Source: Amoebophrya sp. A120 (lineage: Eukaryota; Protista; Dinoflagellata). Taken from it: a DNA stretch of 64,000 nucleotides. The DNA lies in NCBI GenBank assembly GCA_905178155.1, contig CAJINV010000005.1:2730054-2794053 (forward strand), given 5' to 3'. Made by a program: the position numbers and the translations under genes. Below, piece by piece: positions 49,054 to 62,200 of the stretch; within the stretch, counting starts at the first letter, position 1; the number at the start of each line of letters is the position of its first letter. The notes below the pieces were generated by a model. The model worked only from the letters and a program-made list of their open reading frames with translations, was not told the origin of the DNA and did not search any database.

Positions 49054-52000
49054 ACTCTCGGTGGCCCGGCCGCCCTGCAAATACGCGCGCGCCGGGAAGT
49101 GGTAGGCCTATCAGTGTAGTGCTTTGGCGGCGGTGCGTAACACCACCCGAGTCGGGTGCAACTAGTCACATTTGGCACAAAGCTTTGGCGCTATGTTACT
49201 CGCCACGCACGCCCATCCCATACTACACCAGTCGACCGCTTCCAGTGCTTGGGTGGCTTGTCCACAGCAAACAGATGCCCTATGGTTAGCTTACGAGAGA
49301 GGCGGCGCAGTGGGCAGAGGCTGTCTATGGAGGCTCCGCCATCTTTCCCCCTCCGACTAAAGAACAAGAGGCATTCTGGAACTGGCGGCATCCACTCGCG
49401 GACAGACGCGCCACCGAGGTCCGCCCCACCTGCAGCGTCTTGCCATATAGAACATCATACAAGAAGAGCAGTCGTCGGCAATGCCGCGCCTGCTTTTAGT
49501 GCTTGCCTGGTGGAATAGCCGCGCCGCGCCGCTGAGTGATCGGGAGCGAGGCGGCTTTTGCAGTGTGTGAGCCCGGCGGCTGTTCGCCGGGACATTGCGC
49601 GGCGCGCTGCACCTCCGCACGTCGAGACGGCCGGAGACGCTTTTGGTCTGTGGCCCTCCCGTTTTTTTTGTTTTTCCTTTCCCTGTAAAACCCTACCACC
49701 ACCCCCACTACTTGCGGCCGCCTTACTCTTTACGGCGGGCCGGACAAACATCCTGCAGGGCGTTAGCGCGTGGGACGGCTTGAATCAGATTAGCTTGCGC
49801 GGCGACTCGCGACAGGTAATTGATGCGGGTTTCTTTCATCCGACCGGCCTTGGCGCAGGCTGGCTTGCTATTAAAAAGCGCGGCGGTAGATGCGGGGCGT
49901 TCTTGTTTTTGGCCTAGAGCGTCGCCCTGTGCCTGGCTTGAACAACAACGACACGAGGGCAGGGCGCAGGGAGGCACGAACAACATGAGCAGCATCCGCT
50001 CGCAGATTCCGACCAGAAAAAAGGTAGCCGTGCCATATTCAATCCGGTGGCGCTGCTACATCGGGGGAGAAGCATTACGCATATGCTGGCAGTTGGGCGG
50101 GGGCAAGGCTAGCGCCCTTCTGTAGGGTGTTCGTCGTGTAGTGCCCCGTCGGGTTTAGTACGTAGACCGTCCTCCTCCTCCTTTACAGCCAGCATAGAAC
50201 TAAGACGCCCCAAAGTGCATGGCCATGCAGACACATCAGTGAACACGGTGCGCATGTGTTCGCTGCGCGTGCTTTTCTATGGGATATACAGGCCAAGGAG
50301 CCTGAGAATCGAATGAGGCGACGCTGAGCAAATTTCTGTCGACGTTAGTGAAATTGTCAGACGGCCTTCAAATCCCTTCGCAAGAAATTGCGAACTTCTG
50401 CAGCGAATATGCCCCGTATGCAAAAGAACAAAACGAACGCGAACTGTGCGACTTGCTTGGCGATTTCTTTAACAGGAACAGCGCCCCGATTGACGACGGA
50501 ACAAAACCAGGCCAATTGCTTGCTCAGATGTCTCGCGACGACTGTGGCAAATTTGCGCAAGTGATTCTGTCGACCGCGAAGGACTTGATCGCGCAGAAAA
50601 ACTGGGGCGCTGATCTGGTTCAAATCCAAAGGGGCGTGGAAGAGGAAAAGCGTGCGCTGACTATGCAGAAAAAGCAGCTGACTACGCAGAGTTAAGCGCT
50701 TTGGTGCCTTCGGTGTCAGTTGTCAGTCTTAGCACGAATTATCGTGGGCGGTCCTAGTTTTCTGTTGCGCTTCGATGCTTTCTTTTGATGGTCTTTAGTG
50801 AGCGCCAGCGGTACTATTTCATTGGGCCGACAGCCCGCTGATACATAAAGATCATGGACCACGATTATGCTTTTTATGCATCACTGGCACTGAACTAATA
50901 TGATCGGCATATCACTTAATGAAATTTGATATCTCTCGTGCTCGCCACGATTCGGATTCATGACAAGCTTCGCGCTGAAGGGCGCAGTCAATTCATAAGT
51001 CAATAGGCCGCCTTGCTCTTGGCCGACATCAGCATCCCGAGCGAGGGGCCAGACTTTGCTGGGGTTGCAAGCCAAAAAAGGTCTGCGGAAAAAAATAATG
51101 GAAAAGTGCTATCATTGTAAATAAAGAAAAATAGAGAACCTCCCGGAAAATTTCGTCGCCTCGGCCCCGTCTTCGTTCTTTTTCTTTTTCCCCAACCAAC
51201 CAAAATACGTTGACACTCCTTTCAGCCCTAGTCCTGCGCATAGTCATACGTCGTCGCGATCCTTGGAACAAGCACCTCGACCGTAGAGCGCTGCACCGCC
51301 TCAGGTCAGAGCGTTGCGTGCCTTTTTTCTAGATTTGCCTTTGCCTTGCCTTTTCATTCTCTCTGTGGTATCTATCTGGCGCCAAGCAGTTGTGTCTGTT
51401 TTGGGCTTTTGAGTGTTTTTTTCTTCGGGATCGAGGTGGATATAGCAATGCGCATGTGAAAATGTTTGCATCGGCCGAATGGTCTTCAGATCTGATGCAG
51501 CTACGTCAGCAGGCTAAGTAGCGACATTTTCCATCTGCCACGTTTTCGCTTCGACCCGCTCTCGTCGCGGCCGACGCAGATAGGGTTTCAGGGTCAGGGG
51601 TTCGTTTAATAGGGTTGCTCTTCCTATTTTGATCATCACATAAAGTGCCGACGATGACGCATGTCCACCTCTGCCCCTCCGTAGAGAGCACGAAACTTCT
51701 GGAGGGGCAGTGCTGCTATTTACCCTTGTTGCTTGTTGTACACATTCTTCCATTGGGGCTCGAAAACAAAAAAGCGCAAAGAATAGCTTGCTCTGCGCCG
51801 CCGCCTACTTGGAAGCCAGCGGGCTGGCTGCGCCGACAGAATAGAGTACCTCCCGAGAAAAAAAATGCTAGAAGTCCCAGCTGGCATTTCCGGGGGAAGC
51901 CCTCATATCCATGCCTCGCATGCACCCGCAGACTTTCGCTTCTTACTTTGGAAGTGACTTGCCGTAACATTGATCGTTCTTTTTATTTGTTCGTAGTAGA

Positions 52001-55000
52001 CAAAAACAAAGTGTTGCGCTGCTGGATTCGCCCGGCAGGGTTGTAAATTCGCTGCTGCCCCCTCCTATTAATACCGCGAACGAGCAAACGCAAGGCAGCG
52101 GAGATGTTCTCTCGCTAAGACAGGGTGCGCGCAGGTATTACCTTCGCGCCAAGCATGCTCAGCACCCCCACAAACTCCATTTGTGGCCGGCGTATCAGAG
52201 TAAGAGAGAGCCCACCGGGGAAAAGAGGGCAGGCTTGGTAATGCTGAAAAAAACAACAACCGCAAACGTACCCAATTCTGCGTCTGTAGCAGCTGCTTTG
52301 CAATGCATAAACAGGGAGAAGCGTCAACGGGACGCATCGGAAGAAGCTTGGGCGAGCGTGAAAAACGAAAAGTCGTCGTGGAACCAAAACAGGAAACAAT
52401 CGGAGAAAGACGACAAACGGCTACAAGAACTGCTGGAAAAACATGGACGGCTAAAGGAAGCAAAAGAGGCACTGAAACAGGAAAAAGAAGAAGAAGCCCG
52501 CCGGGCAAAAAAAACAAAAAGAGGAAGTTAAGAAGCGAACACCAGGGTGGCGGAGCCGCTACCGGAAGAACGTGAGAATGGCAAAAGTAAAAAAGGTTGC
52601 TCCAGGAAAAAACGGTGCGGAGATTCAAGAAGCTTCATGAAGCAGAAGGAGCTAAATAGTTTACGAAGCAGGATGGGGCGCATTCCGTAATAAAAAGTAG
52701 ATGATGAGTAACTCACGTCTTGTACTTGAACTTGTTGCCCTGCACGTTGCAGAGAATCAGTGCTATTGCGCAGCTGGCTGGTGAGGAGCATCTTCATTTG
52801 CGTCAAATACTAGGAAGAAAAACAACTGCGGCACGTGACGGGGACCCCGAGCCAGCCCCAGAACTCAAGCGTATTTATACTCGTCTGATGTAGACACGAA
52901 CATAGTACAATTACTTTTGTTCAAACCAAAACAGAACCTGTTTCCGTAGCTGACAAGAGAATTACTGTATCTGTAAGCGTATTTTATACTTCCGTGAAGT
53001 AGATGAGCCTGAACTTCTGCGCAACTAGTTGCAACTTCTGTACGATCACCATGAATACATCGCCCGAGTGCCATCACCCCAAAGCAAGACTCAGACTACC
53101 ATGTTTCACTCCCAAGTTGTCTCTAATTCGACTACGAATGGATGAAAAATAAGTGTAATTAACGCTGCAGCGTCAGCGGTATGTGATAAAGATTGATTAG
53201 TTACCCTGTTGCGTGCGCCGCGCTGGCACCGTGCGCCAACTGCTTTCTGTTCATGACCCATCAAAGAACGACAATGAATACGGGGCACCAGCGGGTGGTG
53301 CAGGAGCAGAAGCTTCAGTAAATACGTGCTGAAAGGTTTCATGTTGTGACACCGTAGTGCCCAAGTCCAAGTGGATGATGATCGGTTTTATTCAACCAAC
53401 GGATCCAGGCGGCATGACAGCGATCCAGCGCGAACAGTACTTAGCTTCAGACAATATTCAACGTGAGCCAGCGTTTGTTTTTTGAGTTTATGTGTGGTCG
53501 CGCAAGAAGAATAACGCTCCGTAGTGGTCGTTTGCATTTGCGGAGATGGACAGGGATTCCAGATTATGATCAGCATTGAATGCGATCCAAAAATGAGCCG
53601 CTCTATGGGGAAAACGAAAAGAATTCGCCCCAGTCTTCCAGTTTGCTCCTGCAAATGTGGTGCCCTTGGAAAAAAAACTTGACAAAGGAACGAAGTTCAT
53701 TGCTGCCTCCAACATTTTCTTCATTGGTGCAAGAAACGAGCATCAACTCAGACTGAATGAAGAAGCCGATAAAAGTATGCTTGCAATTTTGGCTTTCGTA
53801 GTTCTCCTTCTCTGGCTCTGGTCGTTCTCGTTCAAGGGCGCAGGTCTCAAAGCAGCTAGTCCCAGCATTTCCGCTTGCAGTCCTGACGAGATAGGACCTG
53901 CGTTTTTAGCATCGAGTGTGGAGAGTGCCGGCATCTCTGTCTACTTGCAATCGGGCAGCCAACAACATCATGAAAAAAAACCTCAGTTAGCGATATGGTT
54001 TTTGCGTTTGGTACAAAGTCTGTTGTAGCTTGACCACTCACAGCAGACGACGGCAGCACGGACTTTCTTGGAGAATGAGAACGGCATTTTTAATTTTTGG
54101 ATGGCAAAAATTACACAAGTGGACAGCTCACAGCTTGGTGTTGAATTTTACAACAGGGTGCTGCATACGACAGCAGCTGACGAGCACGGCGGTGCGGCGA
54201 ACGCTGGAACACCCGGGTTGTGCTGCAGTTTTTTTGCCTAGACTAGCAAGACTTTTAAAGACGAGGAAGCTGCGTCGGAGGGACTGAGGTGGGCCGAGAG
54301 CGGAGGAATAAACGAGCCGCAGTATATCGAAGAAGAAGGCGGAGTGGCCAACTTCTACCTTCGCGGACGAATGTCCTCGACAGCTGTGATGAAGAATATC
54401 GAAAGGTTTTCGAAAATTGCACACAACATTTAGAGATACGGATAACTTCAGTTCAGAAAGTAGCAGAACATCCAAGAACAAGCGCGCAAGTACTTATTGT
54501 TATTGACGCGCTGCATCGGCAGCAGGCCGACGTACAGGGGGCGCCTTGTGTTGTTGTCGATTTGCTTGCACCACCGGGATTATGTACACGACTAGTGTTG
54601 TTTTGCGAATTTTCTCACGGCCCTTCGAGAACCATGTACATATTTATTGTTAACCGACCGTGACCTATCAAGTACCAAGTCCTGGTAGTATCTTGAGCGG
54701 TATTGTACCGTCACCCGACGACGGATGGAGTGGTCCTTAATTTCAGAACCCTTTCGGCTTCTGCCTTCCTCTGAAGGTGGTCAGGTACTCGGCGGTGGTG
54801 TTCCCATCTTCGTCCAATGGATTTCCGTTTGCTGTCCTTGCTGCGACCCCGAACCCGCCCGACAAGGTTCTGTGACACGATTGCTGTTGCGAGAGACACA
54901 TCACGGAGCAGCATCTTAGTCGTCCGACGTCAATGACGTCGCGCACACAACTCGAAAAGGCACGTTTGGCCTTCACCAGAGTTTGAAGAGCTCCAGGTCC

Positions 55001-55119
55001 TGTTATAGGTAGACTGATCCCCTTCGGAAAGGGTTCCTTCGTCGTCACGTGGTCGTCTTTCTGCTGGCCAGAAGATCGTGTAAAAATTGCAGAGAAAGTT
55101 GAGTTTCGTACGCTATAGA

Positions 55120-55905
55120 ATGAAGCAGGTTCTTCTTCTCAACACTACTCTTGCTCTGCTCCAAGCCGACATCGGAGCGATCGCATTGCAGGTCCTGACC
55201 GGGAAAAGCCAGAAAGCTGCCAACCAAGCTACCCTGAAGACGTGTGCCTGCGTGAACTGGAAGGGCAGCACAACGGACAAACAGGGCAAGGTCGGCACTG
55301 ACCAAACGTGGTATACGCCCCAGGGCGACGACACGGAGTACGGAAAATTGTACGCCTCCGGGAAAGTATGGTTGTAAAAACGAAGGGCGTCTTCAGTGTA
55401 AAGCATGGTCACTGCATGCAAGGTAGACATCAACAACCTCCGCTACCATCATAGCTCCAACGTATGCGTGGCAGGTTTCTGCAGACGACATGAAAATTTG
55501 TGATGCTGTTAGTCGGAGACAGTACCATCACTGTGCGCACTTTCTCTAGCTGGATACGCGGCACCTTACCTCACGGGAGCTGAAGGAGGCGAAGAAAACT
55601 ACGGGGAGTACTGCGCCGCCTGGGAAGACAGCCAGACGGCCATTGACGGCGGCAAGAAGGGCGTCGTGGGGCAGAACACCGACTGCGCGGATGTTGACAC
55701 GCGGCCGGACTGGTGCAGCAAGAAGTGGTGCTACGTCCGGCTCGACGGGGAGGCCAACGGGAGCATCATGAGGGAGCCGCTGGACAAGAACGCGCCGGGA
55801 AAGCCGGACGGCCCGGGCTGTACCGAGTTGAGCGACGTCACTGTGTCGAAGCAACAGGACAGCTTCTTGTGGTACTCGTATCAGATCTGCGAAAATGCGC
55901 AATAA
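55120..55905 (+). CDS. Small secreted Cys-rich protein (kringle-like WCYV motif), spliced
   Basis: Signal-like MKQVLLLNTTLALLQA; CACVNW; NYGEYCAAWED; PDWCSKKWCYV; WYSYQIC. Middle exon uncertain. Confidence 0.65.
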
Positions 55906-56583
55906 GGACAAGAATTAGAATGGCATGTACGCGAAATCGAAAATGACGAGGGAAAGAATCACTACATTATCGCGCTCTATTCATTGATCGCGCTGCTGTA
56001 CAGATAGGTAAAATCAAAACTTTGCCGCCAACTGAATTCATAATAATGTTTTCTAGCCGTAATTATACCGTTTGATTTAAAAACCTTGCTTCTCTAAAGA
56101 GAGGCAGCCGCAAGACAGCACAGGAGGCTTAAAAGCTGAAGGTGATGAAACGCCTCACCTACTCACGCGCGCAAGACGAGAGACACAACGAAAGTGGAGA
56201 CACAAGAGGGTACGTTTTCAATTGGTTGCCAAGCAACTAGGGTCATGCTCATTGAATAAATGCAACACGTTGATTTTGCACAGAGCGTCACATCATGGTG
56301 AAAAGAGCAGGCTCGCGACACACGGAGCACGTGGGGGCACCGTCTCATACATACAGCCATACCAACCAGCAACTGTGCCAATCTTCATCAAGTGCATCTG
56401 CAGCATATCGCAGGGACTCACTCCCCGGACTCCTACGCTCTTAAAATGATCAAATGTTGATTATGATCCACCTCCTCCATTCGCGTGGATTTAAAGATCG
56501 CAGGAGTGCCGGTACCGAATTTTAAAGAATCCCCATGTGCTTCGATGCAAAGAAAAAGAAGCAGGTTCGGTACTTAGCACTGA

Positions 56584-56674
56584 GCAGCAAAGTAGTAGTA
56601 GTACTCTGTGAGTGGCGAAGAAAAGCAAAAGTGCAGCAAAGTAGTACTCTGTGAGTGACGAAGAAAAGCAAAAG
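56584..56674. repeat. ~45-bp tandem duplication upstream of RPL18A
   Basis: GCAGCAAA(GTA)nCTCTGTGAGTG(G/A)CGAAGAAAAGCAAAAG occurs twice. Confidence 0.8.
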
Positions 56675-57250
56675 ATCGAAGACGCAGACAATAATCTGAG
56701 TGACGATGACGCCTTTCATCTGACTGATGGAAAAGAAAGATCAGAAACCATTTGAAGAAGATCCAACTGATGAGTTTTTCGCTCTCCTGGCGAGGGGCGA
56801 AATTTAAAGATCCCGCAATTGAGATAAACGTTCCAACGCTTGATCGCCTGATGTAAGACATGGAAACCTAAAGATCCTGATCCAAAATTTGCTAAAGAGA
56901 TAAGCAATGCGATTTCTCAAGATCGTGGTGTTAGGAAATAGAGTCGGATCCTGCAAGAGGAGACTTCACCAATGAATGTTGCTGCAAGAGCAAGTCGCGA
57001 GAGGATCACGTTCTTGTCGGATCAAAAATTTAAAGAACGGTCACAACTTGAATTTCTTGATGGAATCAAAACTATGTAGTTGGAAACTATGTTGTTGGCA
57101 AAAGCAAAAACCTTTCGTGAATGTCTTGAATTCTTTCCTCGACTCCTCAACCCCACAGGGACACCGAGCTATCAGATCGGTAGGTATTGTACGACGGAAG
57201 TACAACACACCACTAGCACACTCTAAAACACCCCAAACCCTTACCTCAAA

Positions 57251-58378
57251 ATGGTGAAGAAGACTATGGGCAAAATCGAGCAGAACTCTCTGCAGGCTCG
57301 CGTGCACCACTACGAAATCGTCGGGCGCGCCGCCCCTACGCAGAAGAACCCGGTCCCGAAGATCTACAAGCTGAAGCTCTTCGCCAAGAACCAGGTCATC
57401 GCCCGCTCCAAGTTCTGGTAAAAGAAGGAGTTTTTTTCGTTTCAGCATCGCATTTTTTCTGCAGGGCAGATTTAGTTTTTTTTTCTGCGGAACGATATTC
57501 CTGCCGCTGTCTCAGTGTGCAGATTTAGGTATCTGAGCGCACGAGTTGCGCTGTAGTTGCGCGGAGTCTTTAAATGTCATTATCTTCCTGCTTTACCAAA
57601 ATCCAACTCTTTCCCCGTCACCAACACAGGTACTTCATGAAGAAGATCAACAAGGCTAAGCGATCCGGTGGTCAGATCTTGCGTCAGACTGAATTGTTCG
57701 ACCAGGCCCCGACCAAGGTCTCCAACTACGGCGTGTGGTTGCGTTACGAGTCCCGCACTGACACCCACAACATGTACAAGGAATACCGGGACACCACGGT
57801 ATATTAGGATTTGTAGCCTTGCTGAAGTTGCATGTCGAGTGATTTTCTTTCTTGATGCTGAACCTGCGTGATACATGGATGTCTCGCATAAATTTAAAAG
57901 TGAAAAAGGGATATAGATATCCCCTGCAATATTCGAGAAAGCAAAGGCCGCGTCGGCAAGAACCGGAACTACTGTGTGCCTCTTCTAAATGTCACGTAGC
58001 TAAACAGCCCGCATGTCGTGTTATCATGAAGCATGCTTTAGATAGTCGACACAGAACAAATAAGCGTATCGAGCGATGGCTATTCGCATTGTCCGTCCCA
58101 TGTCTTCAAACTTTTACTTTTCAACAACAACAAAACAGCTGAACGGCGCTATGTCCCAGATGGTCGCGGAGATGGCTGGTCGCCACCGTGCGCAGGCTTC
58201 CTCCATCCAGATCCTGAAGACCGCGGTCATCCACGACAAGTCCGCCATCCGCCGCCCGCACGTGCTGCAGATGCTGCCGCAGAACCTAAAGTTCCCGAAT
58301 GTCCGCCGCATGCCGTTGATCCCGAAGGGCGAGAAGAAGACCTTCCGCGCCACTCGCCCGACCACCTTTGCGCAGTAA
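57251..58378 (+). CDS. RPL18A: 60S ribosomal protein L18a (eL20); exons 57251-57417, 57630-57798, 58139-58378
   Basis: [26 protein letters not shown]|[30 protein letters not shown]|[23 protein letters not shown]; two GT-AG introns. Confidence 0.97.
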
Positions 58379-59228
58379 GTTGCTACGGGATAATTATGGG
58401 TCGTGACGTCGACGATGCGTTGAGCGGTTCTTTGAACTGCTCAGCTGAGTGAGATACTTGTACGTTTTAGAGTTGTCAGTAGAGAACCCGAGAAAACCAA
58501 GACGGAGAACTCATCATTCGATGATGACGAAAATACGTGTTGCTAGTGAAGTTCATTTGAAGTCGAGAGAAAAAGGAGGTACAGAGTACCGCCTCGGAAA
58601 TTTTCGGAATCGATGAACTCCTGAACGCACCGAGAAATGGACGCTAGTGTAGAAGAACTTCCGTTTTTATCTACCCGATCAGATCTACTCGTGGAATCTG
58701 CTGTACCCGAAAGGTGCAGCGCAGCAAAGCACGCTGCTTTGCTAGACACAGGACAGAATTATGTGCTGTCGGCTGTTCACTTGTGATTTTCGGTAAGTTT
58801 CACACGCGTGCGTGTCCTTTGTGGTTTGTTGTTTTTTTTTTCGAAGATCAGTATCGACGACACCATTCGCGTGTAAGCAGAAGCAGCACATCCCGACGCG
58901 CATCAGATCATCTTGTGCAGCTCTTTTCCTTTTATTTATTTTCTCTCGCTCTTGCAAACGCTGAGGTCCAACATCGAAGCTCAGGCTTCATGGCAATCCC
59001 CTCTGATGCGACCCACTGCATATTAGGACTCCTCCTTTAGTTTATTTGTCTTGTTTCCTGCTCACCTTGAAAGTGCACTACCTAGGGAGAGGGACGAGAG
59101 CGATGATCACATTTTTTTCATCCTGTTGTGTGCGGCATTCTACTTCAGGTCCGTGTAGTGTATGCCTCTGTCTTACTATCGTATCGCGTGTTGAGCATCG
59201 TTCTCTTTTGTGATTGTGAAAGATCAAA

Positions 59229-62200
59229 ATGATGGGTTCGTGTTTCCATCCAAGTTCCACCGGCACATGGTATGCTCAAATACGAAGGCAAGACTTCCAC
59301 ACCGCATCTCGAATTAGCCGCGCAATGGCGTCGCTTCCCAGGCTTGCGGCAGTGCTACACTATCTTCTTTACGACACCGGACAGCAGCACGCACTCGCAA
59401 TGGACGCACCTATGGGCTTTGGAATCGGTCAGCAGCAGCGTGGGGTTGTGTCGGCGTCTACTTCAGAGAGGACATCCTCGGTAGAAACACACGACGGCGC
59501 GTCGGCGTCGGCGCTGCTCCAACCGCAGCAGAATCAGAACTCAGGAGAGCAGACCAACACGATTTTCGAAGTCTCGTCCGACCACTCGAAATTCGGTGTG
59601 TCACTGATCCCGGAAGAAACAAAAATCCAACTCACGCCTCCAAATCGGTATTTCCGGCAGCCGACAGCGGAAGAAAACATGGCGAGTCTCCGGTGCACGA
59701 GTAGTCAGGATCTTCAGGTGGATTTCCTTTACGTAAAAGACGTCCTGTTCGGGCTACTCGATTACGCGTTTGGTGGGGCGAATCAGAAACAAGACCCGGC
59801 GAAAAACGCATTCGCGCGGCAGCTGACCCGAGTCCAGCATTCGTGGCACAATGTGGCGACATTGCAGGTAAGCTATCGTGCTAGATCGCTGTGTAGTGTT
59901 TTGCCATTGCATTTCCTGCTTGATAGAGCTTTGTATCTTGAAGACCACAAAGAGTGTTACTGCAACTCTCGATGATGTTTTGTGGTTCTTACTTCCGCGA
60001 ATACCATGCGAAAAAAATGTCAACACAACAGTAGGGTGGTTTCGACGACTGTGCGCTGGGCTTCATTGTGCTTCGGTATGAAATGCGAGAAGCAGCAACA
60101 AATAGACAGAGAAGCGCTTGGATTTCAGTAGTAAAACTTCCAAAGCTTTTGTATTGCGTTTTGAGGAGCTGGAGTGCGACGAAACATTTACTTTTACCTT
60201 TACGTTGGTCTTAACAATACTTCCTGCTAGTAGATAACTGCTTTCCGCTTTCCATACCCTCCTGTGGTCCGTTTCCCTGAAGCCGCCCGTGTATCGTTGG
60301 CACGAACTGACGCAGAACGCCTACCTCCCGGAATTTTTTGCGCTGCTGAACACCGCGATCTTGAAAGAGCCGCTCCCCTTCTCAACGCTGATGCAGACCG
60401 GTTGGGGCTTGCCGCTGTTTTACCAGATGTACCAGATCCAGGAGGGTCTATTTCCAAGGGAAAATCTGTTCAACGCCGGCCCCGGACAGGAGGAGGCAGC
60501 GCACGGGAAAGAGGAAACTATTGGCGTGCCATCGCACAATGAAAAACATTTACAGATGGGCGGAGAGGTGGACGAGGTTCAAGATACTGTGCGTGTTGAA
60601 ACAGAAACCACAGCTAGTGTGTCTTTTTCGGCGAGTGGTGAGCTTGTGCGGGAAGGGACTCTGGAAAGAAGTGCGGAAAAAGCATTGTCCATATTCGACC
60701 TCGACGAAGCGGCGACGACCTTCGCAATTCTCGGCGAGGAGTACAAAATCCCCGGAGAGGAGGCGGAACCGCAGCAGCACAGCCAGGGTCCTTCGAACGA
60801 ATCCCTCCTTCAAACAGTCCAGTGCGTTGACGATGTCGACCCGGCACAGCAACTTGTTGCTGACCAAGACGCAGCTCGTGTCAAAGTGGAAGAGCAGAAC
60901 CCCATCTGCCTCGCCCGCCGTGCTGTGCGTGACGGCGACCCAAGTTTGCCGCGGGACTCGATGCCCCGCCAGTGGATCCATGTAGACACGGCGCGAGGGC
61001 ATTTCCGCGCGCTGCGGAAACAGAAGAAGGAAGAGCAGATAAGTAGCGAAGATGTTGAAGAAAACAATGGAGATTATACGACACCACAGACCGCTGCGCC
61101 TTCGCCAAAACCATCAACCCGTCGTCGAGACAACTACTACAAGAATTTTCGCGCCAACTTCCCCGCCTGGCCCCGGGCGTTTTTCGAGCATCCAGGGTAC
61201 CTTCGGCTGCTTTCTGAAAAACCGCTCGCGGAAGAAGGACTTGCGATTGCGCAGGACATCCTGGACGCGACGGACGGGGCGCCGACGGTCGAGGACCCGG
61301 TCGAATTTCTTCACCAATTTGACCTGCGGGAACACCAGGTGGTCCAAACCGGCGCGCACTTTGACGAGTGGCGGGCTCTGCTCGCCGCGCCGATTCACAA
61401 GGAGAAGCTATTGCAGAACAAACGCCTGATCCTCTCGCCCCACGGCCACCTGACGCACGAGACAGATTTGCATTTTGTCCGGCACCTGGTCGACGTGGCC
61501 GAAGCGGTTTTGGACATTGGCGATTCCCTCGTGTCCGAGTCCTACGCGCAGCAGTACCTGCAGCGGCTGCTGTGTTTGCACGATAACAGCGGGGATAAAG
61601 GAAAGTGCAGCACGATGGAAGATCTGGAGGTGTACGAAACGCTGTCCCCTTCTGATGTTAAAATGGACGAGGAGAGCATGCGGAAACGCGGTTTGGAAAA
61701 CGGGTTGGTCACCGATAAAAGTATGGCGTTCTCAAACGTTACATTCTCAACTATTACATGAATTTGTAATGCAAGAACGGCGAAAGTGAAAGGGACAAGA
61801 TTGCGCCTTGTGCATCACAGATTTGGCACAGATTTACATGCTGATTAGCCCTTCGGATGTTTGTCATGCGAAGCAGCTTAATCGTGGCGATCTTGGTGGT
61901 AAATTTGCATGACAAATCATGTAACAGTTGAGAATGTAACAGTTGAGAACGCCATAAAAAGCTACTACTGGTTCGAACCCGGGTCGCTACTGATCCCCGA
62001 AGCGCGGTTGTTACTCATGCTGCGCGCCAGGGGGGAGATTTACCGTCGGGTTTCTCTAGACATTTTCAACCTGCGCTGGGACCCGGTCGCGTTCGCGTTT
62101 TTCGCAATGGAACTCGCGTTCCAATTTGCGCCCGACAACGACGACCGAATGGCGAAGCTGAATTTGGTGCAGCGGTTGATGGCCGGGTTCGAGGGACGGA

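Noticed and set aside
46380-49995. Many overlapping GC-rich ORFs
   Set aside because: Low-complexity R/G/P/A translations of non-coding TE sequence with no motifs.
50348-52690. ORFs 50348..50695 and 52181..52531 as genes
   Set aside because: Coding-like but fragmentary with nearby stops and no recognisable family; probably decayed TE or pseudogene pieces.
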